Shown: positions 34,524-42,185 of the stretch, in pieces
Layout of the letters: every line of letters starts with the position of its first letter
How positions within the stretch are numbered: the stretch's first letter is position 1
DNA from: Patescibacteria group bacterium UBA926
Lineage (GTDB): Bacteria; Patescibacteriota; Doudnabacteria; UBA920
Reading direction: 5' to 3'
NCBI GenBank assembly: GCA_002293685.1
Contig: DBDS01000006.1
Location: 108,867-172,866 of the forward strand
Length of the DNA: 64,000 nt
Notes under the pieces: model-generated
The model's database searches: none
Told to the model about the DNA's origin: nothing
Seen by the model: the letters and a program-made list of their open reading frames with translations, nothing else
Position numbers and translations under genes: made by a program

Positions 34524-35432
34524 ATGAAATTTAGCGAGGCAATCAAAGAATTTAGCGCATGGAAAGGCTTTAGCGTGAAAAATAATACCGTAAGTGGCTA
34601 TACTGGCGATTTACGGCTGCTTGCTTTATATTTGCGCGACCCCGAAATTACCGCAATTAGTTGGGGCGACATACAGCAATACCAAACCGATTGCATAAAA
34701 CTGGGCTGGGATAGCAATACTTTTGTGCGCAAGTTTATAGCTTACCGCAAGTTTTTTGCTTACTGGCACAGCAAAGACCCAAAAGTGCTTGACCCCGAAT
34801 GGATACCAGTAATGTATGCCGAAATGAAACAGCCGCGGGTTATAGACGAGGCAAACTATAAAAAGCTACTTGGGATTTTAAGCAAAGACAGCAAAGACCC
34901 GCGGCACCATAGGAACCGCGCCATGATACAGCTACTATGGGATACTGGCGCCCGCAACGGCGAACTGCTGAGTTTGAACCTAGACGACATTGACTTAAAT
35001 AAAATGTGTGCCGTGATACGCACCGAAAAGGCAAAGTTTAGACGGCAGTACAGGCAAATTTTTTGGACAAAGGAAACCAACGAGAGTATAGGCAATTGGT
35101 TGTCATTGCGCGAAAAGTTAAACAGCAAGTATTGGCTGATTAAAGACAAGGACGCGCTATTTATTTCTGTTACGGGTGTAAAGGCTGGCACTAGGCTAAA
35201 GGTTGGCGGGTTTGCGGAAATGCTGAGGCGGTACTGCGAAAAGGCGGGTATTGACCACTATAACCCACACAGCTTTAGGCACCACATGGGGCATGACATT
35301 ATCAAGAAAGGCGGCAGCAATTCTGATGTAAGCAACATACTAGGGCATAGCAGCTTGCAGAGCAGTTTTATTTACACAATGTTAAATGACAAAGAACTGG
35401 AAAAGAGATACAGGCAATTTAAAGGTCGTTAA
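34524..35432 (+). CDS. int: Tyrosine recombinase/integrase (compact, XerC/D-like)
   Basis: TGARNGEL (R), TEK (K), HSFRH (HxxR), LGH, IYT (Y). Confidence 0.92.
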   Translation: MKFSEAIKEFSAWKGFSVKNNTVSGYTGDLRLLALYLRDPEITAISWGDIQQYQTDCIKLGWDSNTFVRKFIAYRKFFAYWHSKDPKVLDPEWIPVMYAEMKQPRVIDEANYKKLLGILSKDSKDPRHHRNRAMIQLLWDTGARNGELLSLNLDDIDLNKMCAVIRTEKAKFRRQYRQIFWTKETNESIGNWLSLREKLNSKYWLIKDKDALFISVTGVKAGTRLKVGGFAEMLRRYCEKAGIDHYNPHSFRHHMGHDIIKKGGSNSDVSNILGHSSLQSSFIYTMLNDKELEKRYRQFKGR

Positions 35433-35460
35433 TTGCCAACAGATAGTAAAGTGTTATAAT
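35433..35460 (+). promoter_or_regulatory. Promoter of the membrane-protein gene, -35 overlapped by TTGCCAACA
   Basis: TTGCCA-16 nt-TATAAT with extended TG. Confidence 0.6.
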
Positions 35461-35490
35461 TAAGGCAAATAAGCAATTAAGGCATAAACC

Positions 35491-36015
35491 ATGGACAACC
35501 AAACACAGCCAACCAAAAAGGCTATTTACAAGCGCTGGTGGTTTTGGGTGTTGGCAGTTGTTGTGCTGTTTGGCGTCATTGGCGCATTTGACGGCGACGG
35601 CAGCAAGACCGAACCTACTACCCAAGCTGAGAGCAGCACCACACAGGCTTACGCATTTGATGTGCCAAGTTTAATTGGCAAAAATGTAGACGAGGTTAAA
35701 GCAGTATTGGGCAACCCTACAAGCGATACCGAACCTACGCAGGCACAGTTAGCCAATGGGCTGACCAAGGAATGGGAAAAGACATTTACCAAAGACGGCG
35801 TTAGCATGCTAGTAACATACAGACTAGCAGACCGCAGCGTGGTAGACTTTTTCATTTCTACCAATGACCCAAGCGGTATGACAAAAGACACCGCTGCGCT
35901 TAAAAAACTGGGCAACATTACCCTAAGCGACAGCAGGTATAAAATTGACTTTGTAGAGGCGCTGAAAGACAAGAGCCAATACACTGGCATTAAAATTACC
36001 CCTACTGGACTATAA
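35491..36015 (+). CDS. Membrane-anchored extracytoplasmic protein (moron / superinfection-exclusion candidate)
   Basis: KKAIYKRWWFWVLAVVVLFGVIGA anchor; own promoter and terminator; next to the integrase. Confidence 0.65.
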   Translation: MDNQTQPTKKAIYKRWWFWVLAVVVLFGVIGAFDGDGSKTEPTTQAESSTTQAYAFDVPSLIGKNVDEVKAVLGNPTSDTEPTQAQLANGLTKEWEKTFTKDGVSMLVTYRLADRSVVDFFISTNDPSGMTKDTAALKKLGNITLSDSRYKIDFVEALKDKSQYTGIKITPTGL

Positions 36016-36018
36016 TAG

Positions 36019-36047
36019 AAAACCCCGACATAAAAGTTGGGGTTTTT
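36019..36047 (+). terminator. Intrinsic terminator
   Basis: AAAACCCCGAC-ATAAAA-GTTGGGGTTTT-T. Confidence 0.75.
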
Positions 36048-36049
36048 AT

Positions 36050-36078
36050 TTGCACCTGTTGGCAAAAGGGTGTATACT
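36050..36078 (+). promoter_or_regulatory. Promoter of the HTH gene with TGTTGGCAAAA in the spacer
   Basis: TTGCAC-17 nt-TATACT, 9 nt before ATG 36088. Confidence 0.7.
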
Positions 36079-36087
36079 TAACTTACT

Positions 36088-36300
36088 ATGCTAAATAACA
36101 CAGAAATTACAAATAAAGGTGGGCGCCCCATGAACACTGAGGCAGTTAAGTTGGTAAAAACCCTAAAAGACGACAATAACCTTAGTTTTAGAGAGATACT
36201 AGAAGTTATGCAGAAAAGGCTACGCCGCAAGCTGGATATTAAGACCATTTACAGGTGGTACCATTACCGCCTACCAGCTGTGGATAAAACGAGGGGCTAA
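36088..36300 (+). CDS. Small helix-turn-helix DNA-binding protein (candidate repressor or directionality factor)
   Basis: GGRP...LSFREILEVM...DIKTIYRWY. Confidence 0.7.
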   Translation: MLNNTEITNKGGRPMNTEAVKLVKTLKDDNNLSFREILEVMQKRLRRKLDIKTIYRWYHYRLPAVDKTRG

Positions 36301-36303
36301 CCC

Positions 36304-36332
36304 TTGCAAGTGTTGGCAAAACCTGCTATACT
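36304..36332 (+). promoter_or_regulatory. att-facing phage promoter with TGTTGGCAAAA in the spacer
   Basis: TTGCAA-17 nt-TATACT, pointing across attR. Confidence 0.75.
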
Positions 36333-36448
36333 GTATATGTACATTGAAAACTAGCTTTTAACCACTGCCTGCCTACCGAACCCGTAATACACCACATTAT
36401 GGGCTGGGTAGGCAAGCAGGCAGGGTTTAACCCCTTATGTGGGTGTGA

Positions 36449-36460
36449 TAAAAAGTATAA
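36449..36460 (+). repeat. attR core (TAAAAAGTATAA)
   Basis: Identical to 5239-5250. Confidence 0.9.
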
Positions 36461-36515
36461 AAAGTGCGGCTTAGCAAACACAGCTGAGCATCAACGAAAC
36501 TTAGCAAAGCAATAA
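36450..36515 (+). pseudogene. secA: Displaced native 3' end of secA (KKYKKCGLANTAEHQRNLAKQ-stop)
   Basis: Hand translation aligns with the SecA C-terminus KKYKKCGLLNTAEHIKNLGKIT; stop lies 8 nt before the udg ATG. Confidence 0.9.
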
Positions 36516-36523
36516 TTCTTAAC

Positions 36524-37081
36524 ATGGCACAATCGGCTAAAGCAACTTTATTAGAGAAGGAAGCTAAGGCCGTTTTGTTATGTAAATTTTGCCAAAAGAA
36601 TTCTAAAGGCGTTTTAGTCCCAGGTGAAGGATCTTCCAGTGCCAAATTAGTTTTTGTAGGTGAGGCGCCTGGTAAAAACGAAGCTATCACCGGTAAACCT
36701 TTTATTGGTAGGGCAGGTAAGGTATTAGATAATTTAATTACAATAGCTGGTCAAAAACGCGAACAAGTTTTCATAACTAGCGCTGTAAAATATTTGCCCA
36801 AAAATTACATCACTCCAAAGCCTGAAGATATTAAGCATGGTCGCAAGCATTTATTCGCTCAACTTGATATCATTAAACCACAGCTGGTTGTATTGTTGGG
36901 TAATGTTGCTGTTCAGACAGTTCTAGGCCGAACGCTTCCAGTAGCTCAGCATCACGGCACGATGTTACAAGAAAATGGTCAGACATATTTCATTAGTTAT
37001 CACCCTGCCGCACCGTTGTATAACCCCAAGCTTAAAATAATAATTGAAAAAGATTTTAAAGCTCTCAAAAAACTTCTATGA
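36524..37081 (+). CDS. Uracil-DNA glycosylase, family 4-like
   Basis: CKFC, VGEAPGKNE, GKPFIGRAGKVL, YHPAA. Confidence 0.9.
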   Translation: MAQSAKATLLEKEAKAVLLCKFCQKNSKGVLVPGEGSSSAKLVFVGEAPGKNEAITGKPFIGRAGKVLDNLITIAGQKREQVFITSAVKYLPKNYITPKPEDIKHGRKHLFAQLDIIKPQLVVLLGNVAVQTVLGRTLPVAQHHGTMLQENGQTYFISYHPAAPLYNPKLKIIIEKDFKALKKLL

Positions 37082-39630
37082 AGAAGAACAAAGCAAGGCT
37101 AAATCCAGACATAACGCCATCTAAATACTTTATTCAAATTGAGCCAAATTTGGCTGATTTTACCTTTGAGGGAAATGAAGTAATATACTTGGACATCAAA
37201 AAGAAAATTAAAAGTTTCAGCCTTCATTCTGCTGAGTTGAAAATTACCGAAGCTAAACTTGTTTTAGGACAAAATTCATATTCTACAAAAATAAAGTACA
37301 ATCCGAAATCCGAGGAGGTGCTTTTAACTTTTCCAAGTTCAGTTTCAGGTAAGGCGCGGTTGCATTTAAGTTTCCAAGGAGTAATTAACGATCAGCTCAG
37401 AGGTTTGTATCGTAGTAAATATACACATAAAGCGAAGGAGCAATATTTAGCGACCACGCAATTTGAAGCAACCGACGCGCGACGAATGTTTCCATGTTTC
37501 GACGAGCCTTCACACAAAGCTAGGTTTATCTTAGAGGTGATTGTTCCTAAGGAACACACAGTGATATCCAATACAATCGAGCAAACAATTTCTCCACACA
37601 AACCAGGATACAAAATTGTTAGATTTGAACCAACTCCAAAGATGTCTACATATCTTTTAGCTCTCATTTTAGGTGAGTTAGAGCACCTCAAAGCTAAATC
37701 AAAGCGCGGTGTGGAGATTAGAGTTCATACAACTCCTGGGAAAAAACAGCAGGCCAAATATGCATTAGAGTTCACAAAAAAAGCACTAGACTTCTTGGAA
37801 GACTATTTCGGCATTCCTTATCCAATGCCAGTTTTAGATTTGATTGCTGTGCCAGACTTTGGTGCAGGAGCTATGGAGAATTGGGGAGCAATTACTTTCC
37901 GAGAAACCTTACTGCTTGTAGATGAATCACAATCACCGTTTTCACAAAAACAGCGTGTCGCTGAAGTAATCGCTCACGAACTAGTTCACCAGTGGTTTGG
38001 GAATTTAGTGACAATGGAGTGGTGGACACATCTATGGCTTAATGAAAGTTTTGCCACTTACATGGCGTACGTTACAGTTGATGCAATTTACCCTGATTGG
38101 AATTTCTGGACTAAGTTTGTGCTAGAAGAGCAATCGTTTGCATTACAACAAGACAGTCTGCACGCCACTCATCCAATTGAAGTTCCTGTAAACCACCCTG
38201 AAGAAATTGCAGAAATATTTGATGCGATTAGTTATGCAAAAGGGGCGAGTGTACTCCGCATGCTCTCAAACTATATCGGTGAAGATCACTTTCGCGATGG
38301 ATTAAGTTTGTATTTGAAAAAACATTCTTATAAAAATACTTCATCAGTTCACTTATGGGAAGCTTTTGAAAAAATTTCAGGTTTACCAGTTCGACAAATA
38401 ATGAAAACTTGGACAACTAAATCTGGATTTCCTGTTATTTCGGCAAAATTATCAAAAAATAAACTACATCTAGCGCAAGAAGTATTTAAGCAGCTCTCCA
38501 ATAAGAAGGTAGGCAAGGAATTATGGCCAGTGCCATTACTAATCGAAACAGGTGATAATCAATATCTTTCACCCATGTTGATGAAATCAAAGACTGCAAA
38601 GGTTGCGATTGATCCTGCTTCACAATACTTAAATTTAGACTATAATGATGCGAGTTTAACAATCATCAATTACGATATTGCATTACTAGCTCGATTACTT
38701 CCTCTGATGCAAGAGAAAAAGCTAAGTACTTTAGATAGACTTGCACTCGTCCGTGACTCTTTTCTATTGGCAAAATCAGGGAGATTGCCTACCGAAATCT
38801 ATTTAGAAGTTCTCACGTTTCTGAACAACGAACAAAGCTATGTTGTTTGGTCTGAAGTAGCCAAGGGGACCAATCAACTTCGCAGAATGTTAGCTGGTAC
38901 TAAAGCTGATAAGGATTTTGAAAATTTCACAAAACAAATTTTTTCGGAATTACTGAACCAGAAATCACTAGGACTGAAACCAAAAAAAGGCGAAACTAAT
39001 AATAACGCCATGCTTCGTGGTATTGCGTTCGCTGAAGCTGGCTTATCTGGATACAAACCAGCAAAGAATGAAGCCATGAAATTATTCAAGCAAGCTCAAA
39101 GAGGAATGGGGGTTAATCCAAATCTAAGAAGTGCTGTTTACGCAATTGTTGCAAAGTATGGTGGTTTAACTGCTCACAAGAGCTTACAAAAAATGTACGT
39201 CGAATCAGACTTTGCTACGCACAAACAGCAACTTTTATTTGGAATGATAAACGGATGTACTGAGCAGAATCAGAAAGTTTTATTGAACTTTATTTTTAGT
39301 AGTTCAGTTAGAGACCAGGATAGGCCTTTTGCAATTGCAGCAGCAGTGACGAATTCAGAAATCAAACATTTTGCATGGAACGCAATAAAATCAAACTGGC
39401 CAGAACTGTTAAGAAAATATGGCGGTTCAAAAATGATGGGTACTTTAATTACCGGCGCAACTAGCTTTAACTCGAATCGTGAACTTAGTTCTCTTCAGAA
39501 GTTTTTAAAAGGTAAAAAAATCCCTGCTGCGAAACAGTCAATAGCTCAAACTCTTGAAAAAGTTCAGATAAATATCAATTGGCAAAAGCGAGACATTTCC
39601 TCAATATCCAAATATTTAAGGGAATTTTAG
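37078..39630 (+). CDS. pepN: M1 family aminopeptidase with ERAP1-like C-terminus
   Basis: TQFEATDARRMFPCFDEP, GAMENWG, HELVHQWFGNLVT, LWLNESFA. Confidence 0.92.
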   Translation: MKKNKARLNPDITPSKYFIQIEPNLADFTFEGNEVIYLDIKKKIKSFSLHSAELKITEAKLVLGQNSYSTKIKYNPKSEEVLLTFPSSVSGKARLHLSFQGVINDQLRGLYRSKYTHKAKEQYLATTQFEATDARRMFPCFDEPSHKARFILEVIVPKEHTVISNTIEQTISPHKPGYKIVRFEPTPKMSTYLLALILGELEHLKAKSKRGVEIRVHTTPGKKQQAKYALEFTKKALDFLEDYFGIPYPMPVLDLIAVPDFGAGAMENWGAITFRETLLLVDESQSPFSQKQRVAEVIAHELVHQWFGNLVTMEWWTHLWLNESFATYMAYVTVDAIYPDWNFWTKFVLEEQSFALQQDSLHATHPIEVPVNHPEEIAEIFDAISYAKGASVLRMLSNYIGEDHFRDGLSLYLKKHSYKNTSSVHLWEAFEKISGLPVRQIMKTWTTKSGFPVISAKLSKNKLHLAQEVFKQLSNKKVGKELWPVPLLIETGDNQYLSPMLMKSKTAKVAIDPASQYLNLDYNDASLTIINYDIALLARLLPLMQEKKLSTLDRLALVRDSFLLAKSGRLPTEIYLEVLTFLNNEQSYVVWSEVAKGTNQLRRMLAGTKADKDFENFTKQIFSELLNQKSLGLKPKKGETNNNAMLRGIAFAEAGLSGYKPAKNEAMKLFKQAQRGMGVNPNLRSAVYAIVAKYGGLTAHKSLQKMYVESDFATHKQQLLFGMINGCTEQNQKVLLNFIFSSSVRDQDRPFAIAAAVTNSEIKHFAWNAIKSNWPELLRKYGGSKMMGTLITGATSFNSNRELSSLQKFLKGKKIPAAKQSIAQTLEKVQININWQKRDISSISKYLREF

Positions 39631-39695
39631 CTTTGCAATTTTTAGCCGATTTGCATATAATATCTAGAGTAAATACAAGAAATTAAGAAAGAAAT

Positions 39696-41189
39696 ATGAA
39701 GCCATTCTTAAAACGATTTTCGATTTTTTTGTTTGTGATTCTGATTGGGTTGGCAGCTGGTTGGATTGTACATCCTGAAGGTTCCAAAATTAATTTAAAA
39801 CCTCTCGGAATTGATTATGAAAAAACTTTTGATATAAAGCTTGGTCTTGATTTAAGGGGAGGTGCTCATTTAGTTTATCAAGCAGATTTCACTGAAGTTG
39901 CTGAAGAAAATAGAGCTGAAGGTTTGGAAAGTGTTCGCGATACAATTGAGCGTCGCGTAAATAGTTTCGGTATATCTGAGCCACTGGTACAGATCCAAGG
40001 AAATGATCAAATTGTGGTCGAACTTCCCGGTGTTGCGGATATTAACGATGCAATTGAACAAATCGGTCAAACACCATTGTTAGAATTTAGAACTCAAAGA
40101 GCTGAATCAGAAATTCCAGAACCTACCATTGGCCCAGACGGACAACTTGCTCTGGATGTTAATCAGGCATGGGCACCAACTGGCTTATCTGGAAAAAACC
40201 TAGAACGGGCAACGGCTGACATTCAACAAGGCACTGGTGGTCGCACTGAGGTTGTCGTACGTTTATTGTTCGATAGTGAAGGTACAGAGCTATTCTCACA
40301 GTTAACCCAAGATAATATAGGTAAACCGCTTGCAATACTCTTGGATGGTGATATCATCCAAGCTCCGACTGTTCAAACAGCCATTACAAACGGTGAAGCT
40401 GTTATTACTGGTGGGTTTACCTCAGAAGATGCTAAGTTATTGGCCACCAGATTAAACTCAGGTGCATTACCAGTTCCTATAAATTTGGTTTCACAACAGA
40501 ATGTTGGAGCAAGTTTAGGACAAGAATCAATTGAAAAATCTATAATCGCAGGTTTAATTGGTTTAATCATGATCACTTTATTCATGATAATGTACTACCG
40601 ATGGCCAGGATTATTAGCTGTTCTTGCGTTATTGATTTATATTCTTGTCTCAATCGCTGTATTTAAAATAGGAATATCACCTGCGGCCATTATGCTAGTG
40701 GGAACTTTCTTTGTTCTTGGGGTTGTTGTAAACGGTTGGTTTGGCGTTTTAGCTTTAGCTAGTTACATCACCTTAATTTTTCTCAATGATGTCCAGCCAG
40801 TAACCTTAACACTTGCGGGTGTTGCTGGATTTATTCTGTCCATTGGTATGGCTGTTGATGCAAATATTCTTATTTTTGAAAGAATGAAAGAAGAACTCAG
40901 AGAAGGAAAAGATCTTCAAAAATCCATCCGCGATGGTTTCGATCGAGCTTGGTTATCAATTAGAGATTCCAGCGTAGCCACTTTAATCACTACAGGAATT
41001 TTATACATGTTCGGCACACCCTCAATTAAAGGGTATGCTGTAACATTATCTATTGGTATATTCATCTCTTTGTTCAGTGCAATAACTGCAACAAGAATCT
41101 TTTTGACATTATTAATGACTACAAAGATGTCCAAAATCCCATGGCTGATTGGTGTAGAGCTTCCTAAAAGTAATTCAGAAAGGGAATAG
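39696..41189 (+). CDS. secD: Protein translocase subunit SecD
   Basis: LGLDLRGG, RVNSFGISEP, LNSGALP, GMAVDANILIFER. Confidence 0.95.
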   Translation: MKPFLKRFSIFLFVILIGLAAGWIVHPEGSKINLKPLGIDYEKTFDIKLGLDLRGGAHLVYQADFTEVAEENRAEGLESVRDTIERRVNSFGISEPLVQIQGNDQIVVELPGVADINDAIEQIGQTPLLEFRTQRAESEIPEPTIGPDGQLALDVNQAWAPTGLSGKNLERATADIQQGTGGRTEVVVRLLFDSEGTELFSQLTQDNIGKPLAILLDGDIIQAPTVQTAITNGEAVITGGFTSEDAKLLATRLNSGALPVPINLVSQQNVGASLGQESIEKSIIAGLIGLIMITLFMIMYYRWPGLLAVLALLIYILVSIAVFKIGISPAAIMLVGTFFVLGVVVNGWFGVLALASYITLIFLNDVQPVTLTLAGVAGFILSIGMAVDANILIFERMKEELREGKDLQKSIRDGFDRAWLSIRDSSVATLITTGILYMFGTPSIKGYAVTLSIGIFISLFSAITATRIFLTLLMTTKMSKIPWLIGVELPKSNSERE

Positions 41190-41190
41190 A

Positions 41191-42081
41191 ATGAGATTAC
41201 TAAAATATTCAAAATTTTTCTTTTCACTATCAGGGATTGCTGTTGTCATCAGTATTCTATCTCTGGCCGTTTTTGGATTAAATCTAGGTATCGATTTTAG
41301 GGGCGGGACAGTAACTGAATTAAAATTCTCACAGAATGTTTCTCCAGAACAAGTTCGTAGTTCTCTTGCTAATCAAGGTCTTCAGAATGCAATTGTTCAA
41401 TCAACTGATGAAGATGGTATTTTAATCAGAACTCAAGTTACACAAAAAGAAGAAAATGACCGCTACTTAGCAACTCTTCGCACTGAGTTAGGGGAGTTTG
41501 AGGAAAGACGTTTTGATTCGATTGGTCCAGTTATTGGCAAGCAGCTATCTAGGCAAGCAATCTATCAATTAGTTTTAATCTCTTTGGCGATTATTCTTTA
41601 CATTGCGTACGTGTTCCGCAAAGTAACTAGACCAGTTTCAAGCTGGCAGTTCGGTGTAGCAGCGATAGTAGCATTGCTCCATGACCTTATTATTGTGCTC
41701 GGTGTATTTTCTCTTTTGGGAAGATTTGCAAACGTTGAAATTGATAGTATGTTTGTTACAGCAATGTTAACTGTCCTTGGTTTTTCTGTTCATGATACAA
41801 TAATTATTTTTGATAGAATCAGAGAAAATCTAAGAGTCTATGCAGGACAAACAATGGAATTTGTCGTAAATCACAGCATCTCTCAAACAATAACTAGATC
41901 TTTAAATACTAGTTTAACAGTAGTATTAGTATTACTTGCACTCCTACTATTTGGAGGAGACACAATTAGATACTTTGTTCTTGCTTTACTTATCGGTATA
42001 TTAATTGGAACTTACTCCTCGATATTCGTCGCAAGCCCATTTCTTACTCATTGGCAGGCCTACAAATTAAAACGAAAATAA
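41191..42081 (+). CDS. secF: Protein translocase subunit SecF
   Basis: GIDFRGG, GFSVHDTIIIFDRIREN, GTYSSIFVA. Confidence 0.95.
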   Translation: MRLLKYSKFFFSLSGIAVVISILSLAVFGLNLGIDFRGGTVTELKFSQNVSPEQVRSSLANQGLQNAIVQSTDEDGILIRTQVTQKEENDRYLATLRTELGEFEERRFDSIGPVIGKQLSRQAIYQLVLISLAIILYIAYVFRKVTRPVSSWQFGVAAIVALLHDLIIVLGVFSLLGRFANVEIDSMFVTAMLTVLGFSVHDTIIIFDRIRENLRVYAGQTMEFVVNHSISQTITRSLNTSLTVVLVLLALLLFGGDTIRYFVLALLIGILIGTYSSIFVASPFLTHWQAYKLKRK

Positions 42082-42086
42082 CATTT

Positions 42087-42111
42087 AACCCCTTATTTAT
42101 AAGGGGTTTTT
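42087..42111 (+). terminator. Terminator after secF
   Basis: AACCCCTTAT-TT-ATAAGGGGTT-TTT. Confidence 0.7.
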
Positions 42112-42185
42112 ACTTAATTTTATTATACTAATTATTTGACCAACGGTTTCATATATGTTATAATTGAGTAAATTATTTTATTCCT

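Larger units (their letters stand above)
5239..36460 (+). mobile_element. Prophage (siphovirus-like, HK97-fold head), 31,210 bp between att cores, integrated in the 3' end of secA
   Basis: Direct repeat TAAAAAGTATAA at 5239-5250 and 36449-36460; replication, packaging, head, tail, lysis and integrase modules; abrupt change in composition and oligonucleotide usage at both ends. Confidence 0.95.

Noticed and set aside
34524-35432. Recombinase as host XerC/XerD, or as the prophage boundary
   Set aside because: It has phage-type oligonucleotide usage and lies inside the att repeats; the boundary is about 1 kb further right at 36449-36460.
5239-36460. Stop-codon reassignment in the phage
   Set aside because: Standard code 11 yields full-length, densely packed genes ending in TAA, TAG and TGA.
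42084-42096. 13-bp match TTTAACCCCTTAT to 36426-36438 as an alternative att site
   Set aside because: Part of the secF terminator; only housekeeping genes lie between the copies and there is no flanking similarity, so probably chance.
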